The notes below the pieces were generated by a model. The model had not been told where the DNA came from and searched no databases. It saw only the letters and a program-made list of their open reading frames with translations. Below are positions 40,617-49,218 of a DNA stretch of 64,000 bases, in pieces. Position 1 is the first letter of the stretch, and each line of letters opens with the position of its first letter. The DNA comes from Myxococcota bacterium (lineage in GTDB: Bacteria > Myxococcota_A > UBA9042 > PHBI01 > JAWLBL01): contig JAWLBL010000019.1 of NCBI GenBank assembly GCA_041687695.1, forward strand, positions 1 to 64,000, written 5' to 3'. Both the position numbers and the translations under genes were made by a program.

Positions 40617-41480
40617 TCAGTCCAGATCCCCCAGCCCGATGGCCTTGGCGAGGCGGCTGTCGAGGAGGCGATCGGGCAGCACCTTGCGGGCCCAGAGCAG
40701 GGCGGCCGTCCCGCGTGAGACGGCGTAGCGGGCCTTGGGACGCGGCGTCGTCAGGGCGCGGTGGATGACCTCGGCGACGTCCTGCGGGGTGGCGGCCCGG
40801 CGCATGAGCTCCTGGAAGGTCTCGGTCAGCAGCGTGGCGACGTTCTCGTAGGCGCTCCCCGGCGCGTGGTCGAACAGATCGGCGGCCGACAGGGCCGGCC
40901 GGGCGGCGGTGACGAGGCCGGCGCGGACGAGCCCGGGCTCGATGAGGACGACGTCGACGCCGAAGACCCCCAGCTCGAGCCGCAGCGCGTCGCACAGGCC
41001 CTCGAGGGCGAACTGGCTGGCGCTGTAGGCGCCCGACAGCGGCATGGCGATCCGGCCGGCGGCGCTCGAGATGCACAGGATGACGCCGCGGCGCTGCGCG
41101 CGAAACACGGGCGTCATCGCCTGGATGAGGCGCAGGGGGCCGAAGAAGTTGGCGTCGAAGAGATCGCGCACGGTGGCGTGGGGGGTCTCCTCGATGGCGC
41201 CGAAGCGGCCCATGCCGCCCGCGTGGACGAGGGTGTCGACGTGGCCGAAGAGCGTGCGTGCGCGTTCGATGGCGGCGCGGCAGGCCGCGTCGCTCGACAG
41301 ATCGGTCGCGTAGACCTCGACCAGGCCGCCGCGGGCGGTCTCGCGGGGCAGATCGGAGAGGCCGTCGAGGCTGGGCGCGCACGCGAGGACCTGCATGCCG
41401 CGCTCGGCGAGCAGCAGGGCGGTGGCGCGGCCCACGCCGCGGTGGGCGTCGGTGAGCAGGACGGCGCGGCGCGGCGGCAT
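40617..41480 (-). CDS. SDR-family oxidoreductase with degenerate motifs
   Basis: Overall SDR pattern (ISSAAG, IEPG), but TDAHRGVG replaces TGxxxGxG and YSASQ replaces YxxxK. Confidence 0.85.
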   Translation of the reverse strand: MPPRRAVLLTDAHRGVGRATALLLAERGMQVLACAPSLDGLSDLPRETARGGLVEVYATDLSSDAACRAAIERARTLFGHVDTLVHAGGMGRFGAIEETPHATVRDLFDANFFGPLRLIQAMTPVFRAQRRGVILCISSAAGRIAMPLSGAYSASQFALEGLCDALRLELGVFGVDVVLIEPGLVRAGLVTAARPALSAADLFDHAPGSAYENVATLLTETFQELMRRAATPQDVAEVIHRALTTPRPKARYAVSRGTAALLWARKVLPDRLLDSRLAKAIGLGDLD

Positions 41481-43465
41481 CAGGGGCTCTCGTCGCCGAG
41501 CGCGGCCTGCGCCTTCTGGAGCTGGGTCGCGAGCGTGGAGCTGGCGGAGACCGTCTCCTCGTAGTGGTCGCGATCGGGGCCGCTGAGCAGGCTGACCTTC
41601 AGGTTGAAGTCGTTCTCGGGGATGATGTAGCTGAGGTAGTCGCCCGCGTTGCCGATGACCAGCCGATACGGCGTGTCGGGGAGCAGCTGAACCAGCGGCG
41701 GCGTGCTCGCAGGGTCGGGCGCGTGATGATAGGGCACGTCGTGCATGCGCAGGCAGTCGCAGTCGCCGACGGCGAGCTCGAGGCGGCAGGCCTCGTAGTC
41801 GACGGCGTCGCACTCGGGCGGGTGCTGCGGGAAGTAGACCGAGTCGCGGCCCTCGGTCGTGCCGCGCTGCGTCGGGTCGGCGGACTCGGCCTGCCAGCGC
41901 GGGTCGTCGGTGGGCAGCCCGTGGAAGACCTCGGGCAGCAGCTCGCCGGGCGCGGTCATCACCGAGAGCGGCCCCAGGCGTAGGCGCCAGGTGCGGGTGT
42001 CCAGGCAGCCCAGATCGAACGGGTCGGTCGGGTCGTGGCCGGGGCACGCCTCGGGGTCCTGGATGAGCTGCTCGACCTCGCCGTCGATGAGCCCCGAGAG
42101 CGCGACGAAGCCCCAGGCCATGTTGTCGACGTGGACGCGCATGGGGGCGACGCGCACCTCGAACGGCTCGAGCGTGACCGGCTCGGCGCCCGCGAGGGCC
42201 GACAGGGCCGCGTCGGCGACGTGGACGCCCGCGCTGAAGGTGATCTCCCAGGTGTCGCTGGGCGCCCAGGTGGGCTCGGGCTCTCCGCCGGCGTCGGTGG
42301 TCATGACCCACTGGCCGTCCTCGTCGACCAGCGGCGTCGGGGCGCCGAGCATCGACTGCATGCCGCCCAGGCACTCGGGGACGAAGACGGCCGTGCCGCC
42401 CAGGGCGTCCTCGAGCTGCTCGCGGGCGACGCCGACCCAGTCGGCCGAGATGAGGCGGTTGGACGAGCCCCACACCTCGGGGTGCCCCGAGTAGTTGAGC
42501 AGGGTGGCGATCCCCTCGTGGGTCTCGGGGTCGCGGGCGTGCATCGCGAAGACCCGCGTCGACGCGACGACCGGATCCCGACCGTCGTGGGTCAGGCCGT
42601 GGACGCGCGCCTTGGGGTTGGTGCCGCCGAAGTGGGCGCCGTTGAACCAGGGCGAGACCTCGGCCAGGTCGCGCATCCCCATGACCACCTCGGCGGGACG
42701 CACGGCGGCGGCGGCCGCCCGGACCGAGGCGACCATCGCCTGGACCACGCGGGCCTGGTAGGCCGGGTCGAAGCCCGGCTCGAGCTGGCCGTTGTCGAGG
42801 TCGACCAGCCCCCAGATGCCGATGGTGTCGGGCCCCTGGTGGACGTGGCTGGTCGAGGCGATGAAGCGGTCGGGGTCCATCCCGTCCTCGGCGGCGAGCA
42901 CGGCCGCGGCCTCGTCGATGCGGAACTGCAGCAGGCCCACCAGATCGAGTCCGGTCAGCACCAGGTACTCGCCGTTGCGGACGACGACCATCGTGCGCAC
43001 CGAGAGCGGGTCGTGCACGCCGGCGGCGGCCCGCTTGGGTCCGAAGCCGCCGATCCAGACCGCGTCGAAGCGGCCGTTGCCGTTGACGTCGTCGAACGGC
43101 TCGGCGCAGCCGGGCTTTTCGGCCTTGGGGTCGTCGATGCAGCCGTCGAACTCGGCGTCGCCGTCGAGGTCCGAGAACGTCTCGAGGACCTCGGGCGTGA
43201 TGTCGATCGAGGCCACGCCGACCCAGGTCACGCCGTCGACGCCCATGGGCAACCCAAGCGGCGTGGGTGACGGGGCCACGTCGCCGCCCGAGTCGGTCGT
43301 GACGACCTCGGCGCCGTCCTCGGCGGTGTCGGTGGCCGGCGACGCGTCGTCGTGGGCCACCGCGTCGGAGACGTCGCCACCCTGAGAGGGTGGGGGCGCC
43401 GGATCGCTACCGCATGCGGCGGCGATGACGAGCAGCGTGGCGAAGAGGGGCGAAGGGCGGCGCAA
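41480..43465 (-). CDS. Lipoprotein, neutral/alkaline ceramidase-like hydrolase
   Basis: Lipobox AAAC; GVASIDITP, GVHDPL, TSHVHQGPD, NYSGHPE, ISADW, PGE, HYEET. Confidence 0.7.
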   Translation of the reverse strand: MRRPSPLFATLLVIAAACGSDPAPPPSQGGDVSDAVAHDDASPATDTAEDGAEVVTTDSGGDVAPSPTPLGLPMGVDGVTWVGVASIDITPEVLETFSDLDGDAEFDGCIDDPKAEKPGCAEPFDDVNGNGRFDAVWIGGFGPKRAAAGVHDPLSVRTMVVVRNGEYLVLTGLDLVGLLQFRIDEAAAVLAAEDGMDPDRFIASTSHVHQGPDTIGIWGLVDLDNGQLEPGFDPAYQARVVQAMVASVRAAAAAVRPAEVVMGMRDLAEVSPWFNGAHFGGTNPKARVHGLTHDGRDPVVASTRVFAMHARDPETHEGIATLLNYSGHPEVWGSSNRLISADWVGVAREQLEDALGGTAVFVPECLGGMQSMLGAPTPLVDEDGQWVMTTDAGGEPEPTWAPSDTWEITFSAGVHVADAALSALAGAEPVTLEPFEVRVAPMRVHVDNMAWGFVALSGLIDGEVEQLIQDPEACPGHDPTDPFDLGCLDTRTWRLRLGPLSVMTAPGELLPEVFHGLPTDDPRWQAESADPTQRGTTEGRDSVYFPQHPPECDAVDYEACRLELAVGDCDCLRMHDVPYHHAPDPASTPPLVQLLPDTPYRLVIGNAGDYLSYIIPENDFNLKVSLLSGPDRDHYEETVSASSTLATQLQKAQAALGDESP

Positions 43466-43547
43466 CGTGGGCTCCTTGTCGGTCGGTCGGAGTCGCCTCC
43501 GAGGGACGTGGAGGAGCCCGCGTCATGGCAGCCGCGCCGGGCCTCCG

Positions 43548-44063
43548 TCAGCGCCGGAAGTAGTCGACGTGATCGATGGGGTCGAACTGGGCGAGGCGCT
43601 CCTGGCGGCCGAGCAGGGGCTGGCCACCGGCGAGGCGCTCCTCGGCCCCGGCGAGCTGCCGGGCGACCTGACGGACGAGGGCGACCTCGTCGTCGGGCGT
43701 GCGCCGCTGGCCGTCGCCGCCGTCGTTCATCAGGAACAGGTCGACGCGACCGGTGCTGGCGATGGCGCGCGAGTTCGGCTCGGCCGCGCAGATGCCGATG
43801 TTCGCCTGACGGCCGCTGGCCGCGTGGCGCGCCACGACGCGCAGGGCCCCCGCCTCGACGCCCGTGACCTCTTCGACGGCCCAGCCGTCCTCGAGATCGA
43901 GCCCACCCGGCAGGGCAGCTCGCACTTCGGCGGTCAGCGCGGCGCCGGGCGCAGCGGCGCGCGCCGCGCTGGGCAGGTTGGCCAGCACGAGGCCGGCGGC
44001 GGACGCGGCGATGAAGGTTCGCCGGTCGAGCCCGTTACTCTGGTCCTTTTGGCCGGACATCAC
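43548..44063 (-). CDS. Small Tat-exported hypothetical protein
   Basis: DRRTFIAASAAGLVLA twin-arginine signal with an ARA cleavage site; divergent from the second rSAM operon. Confidence 0.75.
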   Translation of the reverse strand: MMSGQKDQSNGLDRRTFIAASAAGLVLANLPSAARAAAPGAALTAEVRAALPGGLDLEDGWAVEEVTGVEAGALRVVARHAASGRQANIGICAAEPNSRAIASTGRVDLFLMNDGGDGQRRTPDDEVALVRQVARQLAGAEERLAGGQPLLGRQERLAQFDPIDHVDYFRR

Positions 44064-44331
44064 GGTTCCCTCCCCCCACTCGGTGCGGTCGTCTCTATTG
44101 CCTGTCGGACGGGTGCCTGTGTCAGGTCAGGAGCGTGCCAGTCGACCAGAGTCCTGTCAACGCGACCAACCGTCGACGTGGCGGCCTTCTGTATCCGTGG
44201 GCGTAACGTGTCGAGGCGGGCGGGAGGGCGCGGGGGCGACGGCTCGGGTGGGGGGATGGTGCGCAAGTTGCCTCACGGCCTCCCGTTTTGCTAGGGTAGC
44301 GCCGGGGCGACGGACAGGCCAGGGAGCCCAG

Positions 44332-45090
44332 TTGGCGCAGGGGCTGACAGAGGCGCCGATCGTCAGGAGCGGATACGGGTGCAACAGCGCCTGCCGCTTC
44401 TGTGATCAGGGCGATTGGCGGACCACCCGTGGGGACCGCGCGGCCGACGAGGTCGCCGACGCGGCCGTTCGCGCGGGGCAGGGCGGCGGCGTGGTCGTCT
44501 TCTCGGGCGGCGAGGTGACGATGCGGCCCGAGCTCGCCGAGTGGGTCAGGCTCGCCCGAGGCGCCGGCGCCAAGCGCGTCCTCGTCCAGACCAACGGCCG
44601 CATGCTCGCCTACCCGGGGGTCGCGCAGCAGCTCCGCGACGCCGGCGTCGACGTGTTCGCCGTGGCGCTGCACGGCCACGTGGCCGAGCTGCACGACTGG
44701 CTGACCCGCACGGAGGGCAGCTTCGAGCAGGCTGTCAAGGGCGTGCGGCGGGCGCGGCAGGCCGGCGCGTCGATCATCGTCAACACGGTCGTCACGCGGC
44801 CGGGCTATCGGCACCTGGGCGAGATGGCGGCGCTCCTGTTCGGCGCGCTGGGCGCCTCGGGCTGGCGCCTCATCTGGCCGCGTCCCGAGGGCGAGCTGGC
44901 CGGCGGCCCCGCCGGCCTCACCCCCGAGCCCACGCTGGTGGCGCCGCACGTGGCGCGCGCCCGCGCCATCGCCGAGCGCGCCGGCAAGCGCCTGTGGCTC
45001 GAGCTGCCGGAGGCCGCGCTGGCCCCGGCGGCCTCTCCGGGCCCCGCACCCGAACCGGCCGAGGAGTCCTCCGATGTCCGTGTCGCCTGA
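44332..45090 (+). CDS. Radical SAM protein 7 (short, no C-terminal auxiliary Cys motif)
   Basis: TTG after AGGGAG; CNSACRFC, SGGEVT, QTNG, LHG...HD.LT...GSF. Confidence 0.82.
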   Translation: MAQGLTEAPIVRSGYGCNSACRFCDQGDWRTTRGDRAADEVADAAVRAGQGGGVVVFSGGEVTMRPELAEWVRLARGAGAKRVLVQTNGRMLAYPGVAQQLRDAGVDVFAVALHGHVAELHDWLTRTEGSFEQAVKGVRRARQAGASIIVNTVVTRPGYRHLGEMAALLFGALGASGWRLIWPRPEGELAGGPAGLTPEPTLVAPHVARARAIAERAGKRLWLELPEAALAPAASPGPAPEPAEESSDVRVA

Positions 45091-46816
45091 GACGAGCGCC
45101 CCGCGCCCCGGACCGCGCGCGGTCATCGACGAGGAGATGCAGGCCGAGCTGGCCCGCGCCCTCGAGGTCAAGGACCTGACCAAGGAGGCCGCCGTCAAGC
45201 ACGCGCGGCACTGGGTCCGCCTGACGCGCCTGTGCAACCAGCGCTGCATCTTCTGCCTCGACTCGTGGAACCACAACGGGACCTACGTCGATACGCAGCA
45301 GCTGATGCAGTACATCGATCTGGGCAAGGCGCTGGGCCGCGAGCGGCTCATCCTGTCGGGCGGCGAGCCGACCATCCACCCGGACTACGTCAAGCTGCTC
45401 AAGCACGGCAAGAAGGCCGGCTACGACTGGATCCAGACCGTCACCAACGGGATGATGTTCGCCTACCCCGAGTTCGCGCGCCGCTGCATCCAGGCGGGGC
45501 TGAACGAGGTGACCATCTCGATCCACGGCCACACGCCCAAGCTGCAGGACCGCCTGGTCGGCGTCCCCGGCGCCTTCGACAAGGCCATCGAGGGCATCAA
45601 GAACATCCAGGCCCTGTCGGGCGGGCGGACGGTCGTCAACATCGACGTCGTCATCAACAAGCAGAACGTGCCGCACCTGCGCGAGATCATCGATCTGTTC
45701 CGCGGGATGGGCATCCACGAGTTCGATCTGCTGTACATCGTCCCCTTCGGGCGCGGGTTCTCCGAGTACCGGTCGCAGCTGTACTTCGACCTGGGCGAGC
45801 ACTACGACGATCTCCAGCGGGCGTTCGAGGTCTCGAAGGAGCCGGGGGTCTACATCTGGACCAACCGGCTGCCGGTCGAATACCTCGAGGGCTACGAGCA
45901 CCTCATCCAGGACCCGCACAAGCTGCACAGCGAGGTCCAGGGCGGGTTGCACAACTTCCAGGGCTACCTGGAGATGGGCACGCCGCCGGACTGTCACGGC
46001 GAGCGGTGCGGCCACTGCTTCCTGAAGGGCCTGTGCCACGATCAGATGTTCGAGTACCGGCAGCGGCTCGAGGCGCGGGCGTTCGACCGGGTGCGGGTCG
46101 ATCTCGACGTGCCGGTGCCCAGCACGCGGGCGGCCATCGCCCTGGACACGCAGCGCCCGCGCGTCGTGCACGTGCAGGGGGCCGACGCCGCGGCGATTCG
46201 CGAGTGGATCGAGGGGCATCCGTACCGTGACGAGGCGTACGCGCCCGAGCTGGTGGCCGAGCCGCGCGACGAGGCGACCAGCGCCGAGCTGATGGACGAC
46301 GCGGGCCTGGCGCGGGTGGTCGCCAACACGCCGGCGGCGCTCGAGCGCTTGCTGGCCGCGGCGCCCGAGGGCCGGGGGCCGGCGGTCGAGGCGCGGCTGA
46401 CCGCCGAGACGGCGCGCTGGCTGCAGGACAACGAGCCCCTGGCGCGCCCCTGGATCGAGGCCGACCGCCTGGTCGGGCACCTGCCGAACTTCGAGTACGT
46501 CTCGGGCGTGCGCGACAACGGCGTCGGCGGCGACGAGCTGCGCGCCCTGGCGGCGATGGGGCTGCGGCTGATGAACGTCGCGCCGTGCATCGGCGGGGCC
46601 AAGGCCGAGCCCGGCGCCCACCACGCCCTGTCGCGCGACATGCTGGACGACAAGGGGCGGCTGTCGGTCACCCCGTACGTGCAGCGCTACATCGAGGGCG
46701 AGTACTACAAGAAGAGCCTGCGCTGCCGCGGCTGCGCGCTGACCGAGACGTGCCGCGGGATGCACATCAACTTCCTGCGCGCCCACGGGTTCGCCCAGCT
46801 CCAGCCGGTCGGGTGA
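45074..46816 (+). CDS. Radical SAM peptide maturase 8 (paralog of maturase 4)
   Basis: GAGGAG RBS; CNQRCIFC, SGGEPT; DC...CGHCFLKGLC; KSLRCRGCALTETCRG. Confidence 0.92.
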   Translation: MSVSPETSAPRPGPRAVIDEEMQAELARALEVKDLTKEAAVKHARHWVRLTRLCNQRCIFCLDSWNHNGTYVDTQQLMQYIDLGKALGRERLILSGGEPTIHPDYVKLLKHGKKAGYDWIQTVTNGMMFAYPEFARRCIQAGLNEVTISIHGHTPKLQDRLVGVPGAFDKAIEGIKNIQALSGGRTVVNIDVVINKQNVPHLREIIDLFRGMGIHEFDLLYIVPFGRGFSEYRSQLYFDLGEHYDDLQRAFEVSKEPGVYIWTNRLPVEYLEGYEHLIQDPHKLHSEVQGGLHNFQGYLEMGTPPDCHGERCGHCFLKGLCHDQMFEYRQRLEARAFDRVRVDLDVPVPSTRAAIALDTQRPRVVHVQGADAAAIREWIEGHPYRDEAYAPELVAEPRDEATSAELMDDAGLARVVANTPAALERLLAAAPEGRGPAVEARLTAETARWLQDNEPLARPWIEADRLVGHLPNFEYVSGVRDNGVGGDELRALAAMGLRLMNVAPCIGGAKAEPGAHHALSRDMLDDKGRLSVTPYVQRYIEGEYYKKSLRCRGCALTETCRGMHINFLRAHGFAQLQPVG

Positions 46817-46822
46817 CCGCGG

Positions 46823-48013
46823 ATGGCGAACATCGGCTACATCCAGGTCGTCCGGCACTGCAACCACTTCTGCGGGTTCTGCTCGAACCCCACCACGCCC
46901 TACGTCCACACCTTCGAGACGATGAAGGTGCTGGTCGACGACTTCGTCCGGCGCGGCTACTTCGGCGTCATCCTGACCGGCGGCGAGCCGACCCTGCACC
47001 CCGAGCTGCCGCGCATCGCCGGCTACGCGCGCGACCAGGGGCTGCACGTGCGCATGATCACCAACGGGTGGCGGCTGGCGGACCCCGACTTCGCCCGCGA
47101 GCTGGCCGAGGCGGGCCTGCAGCACGTGCACGTGTCGGTCTACTCGGTGCGACCCGAGGTCGAGGCGCAGCTGCGAGGGCTGCCGAAGACGCTCGACAAG
47201 GCCTTCGCGGCCGTCGACAACGCCTACCGCTTCGGGCTGACCGTCGACGTCAACTGCGTCATCAATAGGCTCAACGCCGACCACCTCGACGAGAACATCC
47301 GCTACTGGATGACCCACCACCCGCAGGTCCGCCACTTCGTGTGGAACAACCTGGACCCGTCGATGGGGCGCGCCGAGGTCAACCAGGACCAGTACACGCC
47401 GCGGCTGGCCGACTTCGAGGCGTCGCTGTATCGCGCGCTGCGCCTGCTGCACGGGTCGGGGCGCACCTTCCGCGTCGAGCGCGTGCCGCTGTGTTACATG
47501 GCCGAGTTCGCCTGGGCCAGCACCGAGACGCGCAAGATCGTCAAGGGCGAAGAGCGCATCGTGCACTTCCTGGACGCCAAGCAGACGGTGCGCCAGACCG
47601 ACTGGGGGCACCACTACGACAGCGCCTGCGACGTGTGCTCGGTGCGCGGCATCTGCGGCGGCCTGTACGACAAGGGCGGGGCCTACGACCCGGCCGAGCT
47701 GGCGCCGCTGTTCGTGTCGCCCGACGCCATCGTCGAGCACATCATCACCGACCCGAGCGACCCCAGCTATCGGCTGCGGACGCTGGCCGAGTGGAAGGCC
47801 GACTTCGAGGCGCGGCGGCAGGCGCAGGTGAAGGCCGCCGCCGAGGCCGAGGCGCGGCGCAGCGTCGCGGGGCTGTCGGTCGGGGTCGTGACCGAGGAGG
47901 GGCAGCGCCTGTTCGAGAAGAAGCGGAAGGCCGAGGCCAAGATGGCGGCGCGGCTGGGCGTCGCGCAGGAGCGCCAGGATCGGCCGGACGCGGCGGGCGA
48001 GGGGGCGCCGTGA
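46823..48013 (+). CDS. Radical SAM peptide maturase 9
   Basis: CNHFCGFC, TGGEPT, ITNG; PLC...CDVCSVRGICGG. Confidence 0.92.
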   Translation: MANIGYIQVVRHCNHFCGFCSNPTTPYVHTFETMKVLVDDFVRRGYFGVILTGGEPTLHPELPRIAGYARDQGLHVRMITNGWRLADPDFARELAEAGLQHVHVSVYSVRPEVEAQLRGLPKTLDKAFAAVDNAYRFGLTVDVNCVINRLNADHLDENIRYWMTHHPQVRHFVWNNLDPSMGRAEVNQDQYTPRLADFEASLYRALRLLHGSGRTFRVERVPLCYMAEFAWASTETRKIVKGEERIVHFLDAKQTVRQTDWGHHYDSACDVCSVRGICGGLYDKGGAYDPAELAPLFVSPDAIVEHIITDPSDPSYRLRTLAEWKADFEARRQAQVKAAAEAEARRSVAGLSVGVVTEEGQRLFEKKRKAEAKMAARLGVAQERQDRPDAAGEGAP

Positions 48014-49218
48014 GCGCGCTGGGGGCCGGGCTGCTGATGCCCGACGGCGGCGGAGACGGGGCGACGCGCCGGCTGGTCTTGCGCCTGGTCAAGAAGCTGG
48101 CTCGGGATCTGATGACGCTGCCGCCCGCGGCGGTGCCGGCCGAGCTGGGCGGGGCCTTCGCCCAGGCGGCGCAGCTGGTGCGGCGGCTGGGCGAGGCGAA
48201 CGCGCGCGGGCTGTTCGCGGTGCTGCGGCGGCCGCAGGTGCACGTGCTGCTGACGTGCGCGTGGCGGGCCATCGAGGACGGCGACGTGCTCGACGCGCGG
48301 GCGCGGACGACGGCGCTGCTGGTGCAGCTGGGGTTCGAACTGGCGCTGGAGGGGGCGCTGCCCGAGGGCGCGGCGCTGCGGGTGCCCGTGCCGGCGCCCG
48401 ACGGGGTGCTGCGGTCGCCGAGCCGGCGGCTCGAGGTGGCGCTGCCCCGGCACGCGGGCCTGCGCTTCGAAAACGGCTTCGTCACGCTGGTGGGGCCCGG
48501 GACGCGGGTGCCGCTGGCGGGGCCGCCCAGCGAGCGGTTCCCCGAGGTGGCCCCCGGCGCGGTGTTGGCGCTGGTGGACAACAACCCGATCAGCGACTTC
48601 GAGGCGCACCCGGACAAGCAGGGCAACGCGCTGTCGCTGGGTGACGCGCCGGCGTCGGCCTGGACGGCGTCCATCGCCGAGGGGCTGGCCCTGGTGGGGC
48701 GGTGGCTGCCCGATCTGCGCGAGGAGATGGGGCTCGTCCTGCAGCAGCTGGTCCCGGTCGGCACCGACGACGAGAAGCACCTGTCGGCCAGCTACCGAGA
48801 GGCCATCGGCACCGTCTACCTGACGCTGCACCCGCGCCTGATGACCATGACCGAGGCGCTGATCCACGAGTATCAGCACAACAAGGTCAACATGCTGTTC
48901 CACGTGGACCCGGTGCTGCACAACGCCTACTGGCCGCTGTACACGTCGCCGGTGCGGCCGGACCCGCGGCCGCTGCATGGGGTGCTGCTGGCGGCGCACG
49001 CGTTCCTCCCTGTGGCCGAGCTGTATCGGCGCATGATGGAGGCGGGCGTCCCCGAGGCGACGCGGCCCGATTTCGTGGCGCGGGCGCGCCAGATCGTGCA
49101 GAAGAACGCGAGCGCGATGGCGACGCTCGAGGCGCACGCCGAGCCGACCGACGCCGGCCGCGTGCTGCTGGCCGAGATGACCGAGATGAACCGGAGGCAC
49201 CTCGCGTGGATGCCCTGA
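48010..49218 (+). CDS. HEXXH-motif peptide-modification enzyme (alphaKG-HExxH type, putative beta-hydroxylase)
   Basis: GTGA overlap; SAS...GTVYL...EALIHEYQHNKV...SPVRPDPRPLHGVLLAAHAF family signature. Confidence 0.88.
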   Translation: MSALGAGLLMPDGGGDGATRRLVLRLVKKLARDLMTLPPAAVPAELGGAFAQAAQLVRRLGEANARGLFAVLRRPQVHVLLTCAWRAIEDGDVLDARARTTALLVQLGFELALEGALPEGAALRVPVPAPDGVLRSPSRRLEVALPRHAGLRFENGFVTLVGPGTRVPLAGPPSERFPEVAPGAVLALVDNNPISDFEAHPDKQGNALSLGDAPASAWTASIAEGLALVGRWLPDLREEMGLVLQQLVPVGTDDEKHLSASYREAIGTVYLTLHPRLMTMTEALIHEYQHNKVNMLFHVDPVLHNAYWPLYTSPVRPDPRPLHGVLLAAHAFLPVAELYRRMMEAGVPEATRPDFVARARQIVQKNASAMATLEAHAEPTDAGRVLLAEMTEMNRRHLAWMP

